Source of the DNA: an uncultured virus (IMG/VR IMGVR_UViG_3300021963_000096)
Lineage: Duplodnaviria; Heunggongvirae; Uroviricota; Caudoviricetes
IMG/VR virus record: IMGVR_UViG_3300021963_000096
Length of the DNA stretch: 64,000 nucleotides
Reading direction: 5' to 3' (one strand)
Shown here: positions 38,401-45,183 of the stretch, in pieces
Layout of the letters: each line of letters starts with the position of its first letter
Numbering within the stretch: position 1 is the stretch's first letter
Translations under genes and position numbers: made by a program
Notes under the pieces: model-generated
The model's input: only the letters and a program-made list of their open reading frames with translations
Told to the model about the DNA's origin: nothing
The model's database searches: none

Positions 38401-41129
38401 TATGTATCAAGATCAAATTTTTCAGTTAGGGCAAATGTTTTAATTCCCTCATCTTCTACCAAATAATTAATAACTTTATACGCACCGTTTCCGATCATAT
38501 CAGATGTAGAAAAAGGAAAATCTAAAACATTAGATTTAGACATACTATCTAAAATCTGATCAACAAATTCTACTATACTTCTTTGATCAAAATCTAATTC
38601 TCCAGATAGTTTTATAAAATTATTTTTAAACTTTTCATATTCCGAAGCAGCATGATTAATTGATCTAATTAAATTAATTTGTTTATCACAGATCAAAGGC
38701 AAAGACATAACCCCGAGGCCATATCTTTTCATAAATCTTGAACCGTTTTGTCTATAGTTCGATATATCTCGTATGTTGCTAGTTCCAGGAAAATTTCCCG
38801 TAAACTCAGTGTCAGCTTCGATCATTGTTCTAACATGATCGTTGGCTTGCCCTAATGTGAATTGATTTAAGGTTTGATTTAACGGATTTTTTTCTAGAGA
38901 ATAAGGTATTTCATAATAACCTAAATTAGGCTCGTCTGTAGTATAAATTTTCAGGGTTACAGAATCACCTGCGTTAAAAATTTTATCAAAAATAAATGTT
39001 CGAGTCTCTGGACCAATGCTATCTGTGACTTGTCCGTTAAATTTTTCTCCGTTGATATAAAATAAAATTTGTTCAGTGGCAGTTCCGCTCCATACACAAG
39101 CAGAAGAAACGATAGTGTTTGAATCATTAGTCAACACCGTTGTCTCGAGTATTGGCTGTCTTAAATTTGGATTGTACTTGATCCAACTGTTAGAATACTG
39201 ACCGGTCTCTGAATTTTTAATAAATCCCGACGATGTTGATGTGTTAACCGTTTGTCCATTAAGCTGATATAAAAAAGAATCAGTTTCATAGTCAACTTCA
39301 AAAAGAATGTCACCAGAATTATTAATATTTTGATAACTTAAAGGAAACCCAAGTTCTGTATCTACTGGGCCCGATCCCTTTTTGTAACTAAGTATTTCTG
39401 TTCCGAAAAAGGACGATGTTTCATATTTTTGAGGATCAGAAAAAGAAACTCCGGAGTCGTCAAACAAATCAAACAACGGAGATTGATTGATTGCTTCTTT
39501 TGTCTGACTCTTAATCCATGTTTCTCCGTTATAATAAAACATTCTACCTTTATTAGCAGAGCTACCGTTAGAAATAATCACGGTTTCACCTAGACTAGGA
39601 GTAGAGTCTTCTGATTCAACTAAACTTATCTGAGTTCTATTAAAAACATTATTGCTGGTCTGAACCTGTATGAATTTTACTACAAAAATTTTATTTTGAA
39701 CAAACGGATCTTTATCATTTATAAACAATACACGATCGCCGTCGGACAATGACTGACCATCAATATTATAACCTGACGATCCTTCAATCGTCGAAAATAC
39801 ATCCGATGTGAAGTCGTCGATAAGATCTACAGTTTTTTTAGATATGTATCCGTGATTGAATAATTGTAAATTAGGTAAAAATTCTATAATAGGTCGTTTC
39901 GCTCTGTCAGATTCTGAAATCGTAGGCGGAACCCCATTTTTATTTGCCGCGTATTCTATTACTGATCTGTGAAACCAACGATTATATCGACTCCATGGAT
40001 TTCTATCTCGACTGGCACGATTAATAGTAATATAATCTTTTTGTGTAGGGTATGACGAGGCATCATCAAAAGGAACAGTGTCAAAACCTTCATCATCAAA
40101 AGTAATTTCAATATCAGAGGTTGTTATCGGTGGTATTTCTAGATCATTAAAATTAATTAATCGAATACTATCCCCAACCCCTTCAACTAACCATGTTGTA
40201 TCTCGATATATTTCAGGAATTACTTTTCCAACAAATTGAATCTTCAATCCGTTTGTAAAAACTATATCATTAGAACTAGTATAGTTAACTTTTCCTAAAA
40301 TTTCTTTTTCTACATTAATCGAAGAGTTCTCTGTAATAGATTCAATCACAAAACTTCCGACTCTGTTGATATTACTTCCGCTCTGATAATAGAGTAGGTC
40401 AGGAGCATCTAACGGTATTTCAAAAGTGATAGTTCCAACTTCTATTCCGTTATTAGTTACTCCCTTATTATAATTTTCTTGCTGTCCTTTAAGATTACCT
40501 GAACGTATAAAAAACGCATCCCCTGGACTGTTGACATCAAAAATGTATGTCTGTCCTCTATAAAGAGTCAGCTGCGGATTTCTTTTTAATCCGTCCGGAA
40601 AAAATATCCATTCATTTTGACCATCTGATCTCACCCTATACTGAGATACCACAGCATCTGCTTGCCCTGCCACAGGTAAGATCTCTGGGCCAACTGGCAA
40701 CCAATAATATTCTCTATAATTAACAAACTTATCCCAGTCAATTGGAGGGTTCCAGGTTAATTGTTCTTGATTAGTAATGATATCATCGCGTTCGGAGATA
40801 TTGTTAAAAAACTTCAATTGATTTTTTAAATCAATATAATCGTAGACTTTCTGAACCTTTTTATTAGACTCAATTACTGCTGCGGGTTCTAATTGATATA
40901 CTGATCTTAGAGATTGCTCTACATCAATGTAAATGTCAGACGATTTAAAAGTTTTTCCGTATCGTCTGCCGACAAATCCCGATAATCTTTCTAATGCTCC
41001 GGGCTGGGTCAACGCATCAGCAGTTGCTGATAAAAATTTTTCGTTCGTGCTAGTCTTGAATGTATCAGGAAGAAGCTCAACAGTTCTTCTTAATGGTAAT
41101 TCGCTTTTCTTAAAAATTTTATCTGACAT
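26460..41129 (-). CDS. giant (4889 aa) baseplate wedge-associated virion protein, in the gp7 position
   Basis: Uninterrupted 14.67-kb ORF directly after gp6; FG-GAP-like propeller repeats, CBM5/12-like repeats, Ig-like and GSGYT repeats. Confidence 0.7.
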   Translation of the reverse strand: MSDKIFKKSELPLRRTVELLPDTFKTSTNEKFLSATADALTQPGALERLSGFVGRRYGKTFKSSDIYIDVEQSLRSVYQLEPAAVIESNKKVQKVYDYIDLKNQLKFFNNISERDDIITNQEQLTWNPPIDWDKFVNYREYYWLPVGPEILPVAGQADAVVSQYRVRSDGQNEWIFFPDGLKRNPQLTLYRGQTYIFDVNSPGDAFFIRSGNLKGQQENYNKGVTNNGIEVGTITFEIPLDAPDLLYYQSGSNINRVGSFVIESITENSSINVEKEILGKVNYTSSNDIVFTNGLKIQFVGKVIPEIYRDTTWLVEGVGDSIRLINFNDLEIPPITTSDIEITFDDEGFDTVPFDDASSYPTQKDYITINRASRDRNPWSRYNRWFHRSVIEYAANKNGVPPTISESDRAKRPIIEFLPNLQLFNHGYISKKTVDLIDDFTSDVFSTIEGSSGYNIDGQSLSDGDRVLFINDKDPFVQNKIFVVKFIQVQTSNNVFNRTQISLVESEDSTPSLGETVIISNGSSANKGRMFYYNGETWIKSQTKEAINQSPLFDLFDDSGVSFSDPQKYETSSFFGTEILSYKKGSGPVDTELGFPLSYQNINNSGDILFEVDYETDSFLYQLNGQTVNTSTSSGFIKNSETGQYSNSWIKYNPNLRQPILETTVLTNDSNTIVSSACVWSGTATEQILFYINGEKFNGQVTDSIGPETRTFIFDKIFNAGDSVTLKIYTTDEPNLGYYEIPYSLEKNPLNQTLNQFTLGQANDHVRTMIEADTEFTGNFPGTSNIRDISNYRQNGSRFMKRYGLGVMSLPLICDKQINLIRSINHAASEYEKFKNNFIKLSGELDFDQRSIVEFVDQILDSMSKSNVLDFPFSTSDMIGNGAYKVINYLVEDEGIKTFALTEKFDLDTYSSKAVYVYLNENQLLHGFDYVFDSIFGFVKLLVDLSEGDRIEIRQYLSTAYNFIPETPTKLGLYKKYTPRIYLDDTFIEPTEVIQGHDGSITIAFGDFRDQVLLELEKRIYNNIKIKYDPAIFDIDKIATGYHGSALYKNSAIDAVIETDFLKWSNNLGIDNYKNDIYQAENPFTYTYYRATDRNKREKLPQYWRGIYKFLYDTDRPHICPWEMLGFSEKPMWWEDEYGPAPYTNGNLLLWEDLQQGLIRQGPFAGVSERYKRPGLLNYLPVDDQGKIRSPQDATAIIDYSLNRINEDFQFGDCGPVENAWRRSSLYPFSIISAVAILNPFDFISINFDRSTISRNILGQLVDTNTKTFIDKNTLITSLANQPSGLFTYIQNYLKFSALDISILSEYIKNLDVKLSHRIGGFVEKERQRYVLDSKNPISKSPAVFVPQEDYQIIFNTSTPVKTISYSGMLIEKVDGGFKLYGYDRLNSVFNIYEHYTRIDDPVISVGGVSEKYVDWISQKFYGKGTLVRNLDLYYRCTINHVSGDNFQSENFVRLPSLPITGAVQAIKRTTFNTFRVKRIPYNFIAYTVQEVVDIILGYSEWLKGQGVVFDEFNKDLSTPSDWLLSAKEFMFWTTHNWAVGSLITLSPAATKLKVSNVGSVVENLLDGFYEYNIFKNDGTKIPSTNIQVYRGYDEFSLTPLDSNEGIYFAKLNFVQKEHIAIFNDRTMFGDILYDKGPGYRQDRMKLLGFRTTDWDGDYTSPGFIYDSAEINSWESFKDYRIGDITRFREFFYVAKLSHTGTPDFKFSNWERLDSYPTAGLVANFDYKINQIEDYYELGYQGIDDTEKELARHTLGYQKRQYLEDIAQDEVTQFRIYQGFIREKGTKNSITKIFDKLSPIDQDAIELNEEWAFLMGSFGGSAQFDEVELTIDQRDIKLNPQPVIVNSRGLIKSNYQNYILVKPDDFTVGNSDYLFPTKSYPVSEASAGYVYSGDVDFVVRERINLYALDINQLQDGSTVWVTFDNPGWTVLRYTVTDIIIGAVAVVDTTSVTLETNKPHGLKIDDIIGINNIRYLEGFWRIKAVGSTTIIIEIAGYDEEPVIDESSFATISIFKPLRVGEYSDLVLDRFAAYREGTKVWLDDNGSNKWEVLEKRRIYKAIDVANYGVAFPTGSGKDVLYIEARNQVVSANPGQVVPAGEVIRESAVVIYGQSEEGLIPLQVLNPNSGLRTSFLGSYGEVLSVSKDGRWLMVGSPNVSYIPSNYKETFSSTATYNPGDTVLYAGKLWQAQRTIIGDGSSIDIESQDWIPATEHLANPLGIGLYDVNQGYRQQGAIEIFEYDEVFSQYQLRHTIISPRPAHGEKFASSISLSKRQGIEGTSGDVTLTVASIDSLGGILEVSAQGESGLEDATFSNVSGVDISLPGSNATFDVLKSNNTYTVLVRTGGTRYAVGDRIKISGSNLLGLTPFNDLIITVTAVTSTGEIVGSATYNNIIGINSIAPLTEATFRVTKSGTRYAISKINAGTGYFSRSIVRYSGRLYACIKDTRVDLGVWDPNRTYQSGDIVKYPANSSSYYVALGLNTGVLPTDITKWETAEPIFPTDQEYWEQVSGAVFAEAAVEWSDLDITGNRIRYVSGSIITILGSQLGGEDGEHDVTIRVNSITANKSIDNFSYRGTASSGITWTGVGTAGERQFNDLQGEDVSDPGQGAIFDIIRENGGYSAVVNVSGTRYNVGDQIRILGSTLGGVEEAYYMVVGASGSRDDTGRSYLYKFDGISWKHLDDPAFVGIYSSAKNYPAGSKVWYNNAYWQALSNIPAISNNQPGVGAWEELAEVTRSILPSTLAYADDGSTLQQGVDGNVEFLTTGSNFGTSTAFSKDGSVMVISAPRNDTADFENFKGIWKNNINYLVGDTVRRGTFYYNCLADNINSTPELTPSIWQENTDSTLSKTGSVFIYEKDDAETFNLIQTIDADEIALEAGDEFGHKVVINEEGTRLFVSAPNFDFIGKDQGSVFIFDKRNGQFSLIQKVNGLVLEPGERFGSNLSVSPDGVTLAISAEGASTFKTTIFDNGNTAFDRFVTNFRDSQGKTGKVYVYTNYTGSFVLSEILDQGLNTDEDFGRGLSVSNSSIIVGSPLYISEDPAFEAVRIGRIQKFDKIPNTKPWFTIRQQDDQVNIDLLKNFALYDKFNNLKIADIDIIDPYKGKILSEADQYIDFKTSFDPAIYGVGTEDSPVDPNQAWQSDKVGSIWWDLSTVKWTLYEQDSLSFRSGNWGSPVLGSSIDIYEWVETELKPSEWNDITGTSEGFSIGVSGTALYGDDSNYSVRTVLDVTTGFPSSVTYYYWVKNKTTIPDIVERKFTAQQIANYISSPLSAGVPYAVLTSKNTFSLVNVDSVIDQDKFLVNIQFFEKEKDINLIHTEYQLLSEGILEYPNQELENKWIDSLIGEDIAGQTVPDRKLSTKMRYGILSRPRQSMFVDRNKAVNITIGYVNDILKQRPFAEIIDYTNLNLLDEEPSSVKNLYDQVLETEAELRFIATSKIKTAILKANIVNGHINTVDVIDGGYGYKTPPDIKIIGTGSGAKLKPILNNRGTITSVQVINQGKKYLTVSLIVRPFAVLVRTDSTVNNAWSIYSLEEKNKEFYRSATQSYDTRKYWKKIDWWLAPFNEKSKIKKTIAGLYEESSVDLKIGELLRLENYGAGGWAVLERVETTDADIFEKYRLVGRNLGTIEIINGFYNTTAESTGYDLTQAFDSNRYDTSAAIEFRNILRAVKEDIFKDDLLVEWNKLFFVAVRYVFSEQLYVDWAFKTSFVKGTHNVGYLEQKLNYKNDNLSSYQSYIEEVKPYRTKIRSYVSKYFNIETANQVTTDFDLPPVWNAATKTIKTIDNSSEEISQYPWKLWSDNNHFSVVDIKIVSQGSSYTSVPQIVFEGGGGSGAKAQAYISNGKISKIIVTSSGSGYTSAPNVLVVGGVGSEIQNAARAVAIIGDSKVRTFDMKLKFDRISKIPKFKSYSYDEKFVESETFVAQNKQTTYRLKYPLSLDKSTIEVSVNGSRLLASQYSVSLTEEIINGTTELIGRLILNIAPSANSLVAINYEKNDEILDSLNRIDKYYKPIAGQLGVEKTKVDDTEGSEIVSDYSQLITGIDYGGTIVQGATFDVGAGWDALPWFTEGWDSAEVNETDYYFLVDGSTTSVTLPTVPAAGININVYVKRETTGKTVRLDHPRYDEYQLGDSSYTGEIPPDTAVMNTFVGDGSTAAVILPQATNLESGDLLIFRPDTSDGSLIIGGRNSIDAYISGGSLSGMAAYSTATGSTASEILLDGDRFISPEQVPAPEENVPGQVLEALSIKVFHSSRSGGSSLKSNIFIGDGTTILFDIGQQVIEKTNIIVFVDKYKKSIDTDFVIIPETDSVRFIGSAPILGSIIEIFSMGPGGAGILDYREFTGTGNDRYFITGAAFDETATIFASVDNQPIDVGFINSSQLTDTQDKALVEFGVAPIVGSKIILIALLSADRPLIKINQTEIILDDTILEYAIPTFSGLDIDPAGDMIVELNGQLLRTVETTYKIYDGNNSVPIGVDTPREPGTIIFTDLKVFVDGVIKTFGIDYVFTSENNTVTFTKPVEIGAVIRIEDSSARQYSILGTQIILEQSTSFTTGDILSITWFDRYTELDVVKDEFTGGKVSFSLQRPLLGISYVWVYKNGERLTPDIDFYVELPRTIYLKDETSTTDIIETISFGDLLYKEPLSFEIFKDVLNRNHFSRFRVSEIELDKDLNYYDNEIVLVDASTLPTPAKDQPGIVTIQGEKIQYFEKSGNILRNIKRGLFGTAIRPLHTKGTLVVDTSFLEFVPYQESQEKEDFISDGTSHIIGPLTYVPQKTTVTNWYRDTIPDDFGRCDQIEVFVGGRRLRKDPTKLYDPTVGAYSPAGDVDVEAEFSVDGITENIRLTVPAPAGTRITVIRRQGRLWYDRGITTATTGQGLSYSNTAIAKFLQNSSTKLP

Positions 41130-44100
41130 TATTGTCCCGTCCTAGTTACAACTTGGCTATTTAGAAGATTCAATTCTGTAGCGGTAATATTATACAAAAT
41201 TTCAATGTTATCAACTGTAGCCGCACTTACTAATATTTCATCTGGTTGTGCTTTGATTTCAATTAAACTACCGTACGCCTGATTTTCCTGCTTAGGCACC
41301 AATACCATGTTACTAATATCTGGTGAATTCTGAGATATAATATATGTAATCAATTCGCTAGCAAAAAATCTATCCCCGAAGTCCCAGTTTTCTACTGAGA
41401 AGAATTCATTAATACTGTTTACAATTCTTACCTTAAGATCATTGTCGTTAATTACTCTATTAGGATTTTTTACAACTTTAAAGATCGCTTGAAATTCTGT
41501 GTTGGCATTATTGCCGAATAGCGGAAAATATTTCACAGGATGATATACAATTTCGTCACTGATTGATTTTATTTCATCTAGATTAAATCCAAATTGTGTT
41601 TTTAAACTCTCAGATGTAGGTTCGGCAGGTTTGGTCGAGCCGCCTGTGAGCCATAATCTATAATTAGTGTCGTATGATCTAGTTAATAGATATATGTCAA
41701 CAATATTACTTACGCTAGGATCAATTCTTCTGCTTTCACTAGCATTATGAATATATTGAAACTTTAAATTATCTCTTCCTGTATAAACAATGTAGCTAGG
41801 TTCTAAAATAAAAGACCTTGTAATCAAATCAACACGCTTGACTAAATTTTCAGATTGGTCATAAAAATAAACGAGTTGATTATGATCATAATCATTAACA
41901 TTAGCATTAACTTCTTTATCAAGAATTATAAATTTTCCGTTAGAGTTCGAAACAAATTTCAAAACATCAAAACCATTCTCGTCTTGGATCTGCTGAAAAA
42001 ATACATATTTTTTAGTAACATCAGTTCCAACTATTTCATCAAATGAATCTGGGTTATCTATAACTCCGTCGTTATCACTATCATAGAAAGAAAGTTTTAT
42101 AGAATCTGAGCTCTTGTACCCGTCTTGAAATCTTACCGAATCTGCGATTTCAAAAGAAACATCGTCTTTTAAAATTTGTTGCCTGTCTACGATAGTTAAT
42201 ACATCGGCTTCTGTGAATAAAGGATTTGATTCCCTTAACGAAACCACAGCCGCTGCGATTTCAATATTGCTTAGAATAGAGCTTTGTGGTGATGTATTAA
42301 TTCCTAAAACTTTAACCTGATCTTTTACTACTGTTCTAGCACGACTGTCATAAACTTTTTCTCCTTTGTCAAAATAGAATCTATTTTGAGAAATACTTGA
42401 GAAAACATATTCTGTTCCTCTAATCCTAACTCTATATTCGTCGCCATCGTAGACAAAGGCAACTAGCCATGAACTGTCTACTCCAGCATTGGATGAATCG
42501 CCTGCTTGTCCTAGATTAAAATCATTTTCTAGATCTATGTTTGTAGAACTTATTATTTTCCACTCACCGGCTAAAACATCGTAGCGAAGACCAAAAGTTT
42601 CTGACCTGTCGGCTGCATTATCGATCGCCCCAACTGAGCTAAACGTTAAATTTAAAATTTCATTTTCAATATCAGCAGGAAGTGTAGAGATAAACTTCGA
42701 TACTACTTGGGAAGGCAACGACCCTGTAGGAATTAATTCGCTGAATGTTATTGGTCCTTTGCCGGAGTTTAGATTTCCTTTTCCAGCATTAGTTCCATCA
42801 CCAACTAATTTAACAACCTTAGACCATATATATTTTTTGTGATTTTTATTAGCCGGGTCATATGTTACAATATTTCCGTTGAAAAATGCCTTATCTGCCG
42901 ACGGAGGAATAAACTTAACAAGGCTTCCAATTTCAATATATTTTAAATTGCTTGTTGTATATGATCCGACTTTAATCGGAAAGCTATCGAATATATTTCC
43001 AAAATATCCAGTAGAGGCGTTTTCCTCAGTCGTTGACTTGATCCATTTAACATTAACATCAGCAGTAAAAATCTTGTCAAAATTAGTTAGATAAAAATTA
43101 TAAGTCTGAAAAGAAGATAGTGCCGGTTGTATAACAGTTCTAATAAAATTTAAAACATTATTTCTATTTGTATATTTGAAAGAATAATACCGCTCTTCAT
43201 CTTTTCTATAAATTAATCCGTCATCAGCAAAAACATTTATCTTAGAATATTTGCCAGACGCATCGATAATATCAAAATTTCTACTAATACCGCTGCTGGT
43301 TCTATTCACTGCTTTGACTTTTAATACTTCTTGAGAACTAGATAGCGGAGCAAGATTATAATCTTCTCCGGTTATCATCCTGTTTTGTGTATAATATAAC
43401 GCCGGAGCTTTAGATTTAATAGATTCAATTGTTTCTGAAGGAGAACTATTTTCAACAGTATATTCTAGACTCAAAGAAATAGACAGAGTATGTGATACTC
43501 CTTGTTTATTAACATAAGGTATTGATATACTGATCGCTTTCATTTCAGCCGGAGTGATGATATATCGTTGGCCGTTACTAACTCTATAGTATACTCTAAA
43601 ATCACCTGATGGCAATTTTCCGTACACACCATCAGAGAACTGGAGATCTATAGCATCGCCGGCCTGTGTTATGACAGAATAAACAGAACGTTGATTATTA
43701 GTCAAACTATTATAAACTATATTGTTTCCGAATACTGATGATACCGGCGTCCATTTATCAGTTATATTTCCGTTTGCATCAGTTGAATATAACCAGACAT
43801 CATCGTTATTGATGTTTCCTGTTGCGATAGAAACGATCTCATTAGGTGTTGACTGCGTTACAGAAAAATCTGCACTTTCTAAGGATCCTTGTTTAAAAAT
43901 CATAAAGAACCCTGTATTATTACTAGCCGTACCTTTACCGTCTTGCCTGTAAACAAAAGCAAGCTGTTTACCATCTTCAGGGTCTTCTTCAAATATTACA
44001 TCTTTTGATTCTGTTATTCCGGTGCTAACTAATTCAAAAGTAACTGCTCGTCCGGCGACGTTTTTGTTGTAAGAAAAAAGAGGTATTCCAGTATTTGTAG

Positions 44101-44671
44101 AGTTGAATCTATATTGTTCAGTTCGTATATTATCAATTACTTTGTTAACTTGAGATTTTCCAAATTCTACATTATCGATCATAGCTGAATTTAATATCGA
44201 TATAAACTGCTCATACCAATTAGAATTAGATGGATCGTTCCATACTATTGTTTGATTAGCAAGATTTGTGCCGTTGCTGTCGACTAGGCTTTCTGTAGTA
44301 GAAACTGATTCAAATTTTAATAGCCCCGAAGCTGATTGATTTCTTTTAGAATTATATGCCAACATTCTGGCCAATCTTAACACACTTTCTTTTCTATCAG
44401 CTAATTCAATAAAATTTTCTCGACTGTTAAGATCTATCCTAAACGCCAAACTTTGTCCTAAAAAAGCGATCAGGTCTATAAGAGCAACGTATTCAGAACT
44501 TTCAATAAAATCATTAAAATCCTCAGGATAATTTTCCTTGATATAATTGATCATTACCCTACGAAGATTTTCAAAATCGTAAGATTTAAAATCCGCATTT
44601 TTAAATGTCTGATATATCCTAGTCCAATCTTCGGCTAGTATCAGGTTATTTTGTCTGGTTGTAGTAGTCAT
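41129..44671 (-). CDS. baseplate wedge subunit (T4 gp6-like)
   Basis: DFENLR..MI.Y, LIDLIAF, E.F...A....SVL.LA..L.Y, FSDGVYG..P, ETIESIK..AP..Y.TQNR.IT.EDY. Confidence 0.85.
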   Translation of the reverse strand: MTTTTRQNNLILAEDWTRIYQTFKNADFKSYDFENLRRVMINYIKENYPEDFNDFIESSEYVALIDLIAFLGQSLAFRIDLNSRENFIELADRKESVLRLARMLAYNSKRNQSASGLLKFESVSTTESLVDSNGTNLANQTIVWNDPSNSNWYEQFISILNSAMIDNVEFGKSQVNKVIDNIRTEQYRFNSTNTGIPLFSYNKNVAGRAVTFELVSTGITESKDVIFEEDPEDGKQLAFVYRQDGKGTASNNTGFFMIFKQGSLESADFSVTQSTPNEIVSIATGNINNDDVWLYSTDANGNITDKWTPVSSVFGNNIVYNSLTNNQRSVYSVITQAGDAIDLQFSDGVYGKLPSGDFRVYYRVSNGQRYIITPAEMKAISISIPYVNKQGVSHTLSISLSLEYTVENSSPSETIESIKSKAPALYYTQNRMITGEDYNLAPLSSSQEVLKVKAVNRTSSGISRNFDIIDASGKYSKINVFADDGLIYRKDEERYYSFKYTNRNNVLNFIRTVIQPALSSFQTYNFYLTNFDKIFTADVNVKWIKSTTEENASTGYFGNIFDSFPIKVGSYTTSNLKYIEIGSLVKFIPPSADKAFFNGNIVTYDPANKNHKKYIWSKVVKLVGDGTNAGKGNLNSGKGPITFSELIPTGSLPSQVVSKFISTLPADIENEILNLTFSSVGAIDNAADRSETFGLRYDVLAGEWKIISSTNIDLENDFNLGQAGDSSNAGVDSSWLVAFVYDGDEYRVRIRGTEYVFSSISQNRFYFDKGEKVYDSRARTVVKDQVKVLGINTSPQSSILSNIEIAAAVVSLRESNPLFTEADVLTIVDRQQILKDDVSFEIADSVRFQDGYKSSDSIKLSFYDSDNDGVIDNPDSFDEIVGTDVTKKYVFFQQIQDENGFDVLKFVSNSNGKFIILDKEVNANVNDYDHNQLVYFYDQSENLVKRVDLITRSFILEPSYIVYTGRDNLKFQYIHNASESRRIDPSVSNIVDIYLLTRSYDTNYRLWLTGGSTKPAEPTSESLKTQFGFNLDEIKSISDEIVYHPVKYFPLFGNNANTEFQAIFKVVKNPNRVINDNDLKVRIVNSINEFFSVENWDFGDRFFASELITYIISQNSPDISNMVLVPKQENQAYGSLIEIKAQPDEILVSAATVDNIEILYNITATELNLLNSQVVTRTGQ

Positions 44672-44690
44672 CTAAACAGTTCCTATACAG

Positions 44691-44697
44691 TATTTAT
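44691..44697 (-). promoter_or_regulatory. T4-like late promoter core
   Basis: Intergenic ATAAATA on the minus strand upstream of the gp6-like gene. Confidence 0.6.
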
Positions 44698-44725
44698 TTT
44701 TTTGAAAATGTACGCATATTATCTT

Positions 44726-45169
44726 TCAACTTTTAGGAACATTGTCTTTATCAAAATTTAAAAACATTTTTTCAGTGATATCAAGCTCGATATATTGGAG
44801 GTCTAGTTCAATTCTTATACCTTGCTCAGTGGCGTCAGTTGATAAATTTTTAATTTTAATTCGAGGATCAGATTGTACTATCCTTTTCACATCTTCCTCT
44901 ATGATACGCTTATTTTCATCATTCATAGGTTCGTAGATCATCGACCAAATTGTCGTTCCGAACGTTGGATTTTCTAGCTTCTCACCTTTTTTTATATTAA
45001 AATGGTTCGAAATATCTTGCTTGATTAGTTCTAAGTCATAGGATTTAAATTTCTGCTGGATATTTTTACTATTGAAACCTTTATAAAAAATCCCGCCGGC
45101 GATTCGATCATTTCCAGTTGACGTTCTTAGAGATTCAACTTTCTTAACATTATAAATTTTGTTGGACAT
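44726..45169 (-). CDS. baseplate wedge subunit (T4 gp25-like)
   Basis: D.ELIKQDI.N....KKGE...NP.FG..I...IYEP...DPRI signature. Confidence 0.85.
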   Translation of the reverse strand: MSNKIYNVKKVESLRTSTGNDRIAGGIFYKGFNSKNIQQKFKSYDLELIKQDISNHFNIKKGEKLENPTFGTTIWSMIYEPMNDENKRIIEEDVKRIVQSDPRIKIKNLSTDATEQGIRIELDLQYIELDITEKMFLNFDKDNVPKS

Positions 45170-45183
45170 TTTTATTCCTTATT

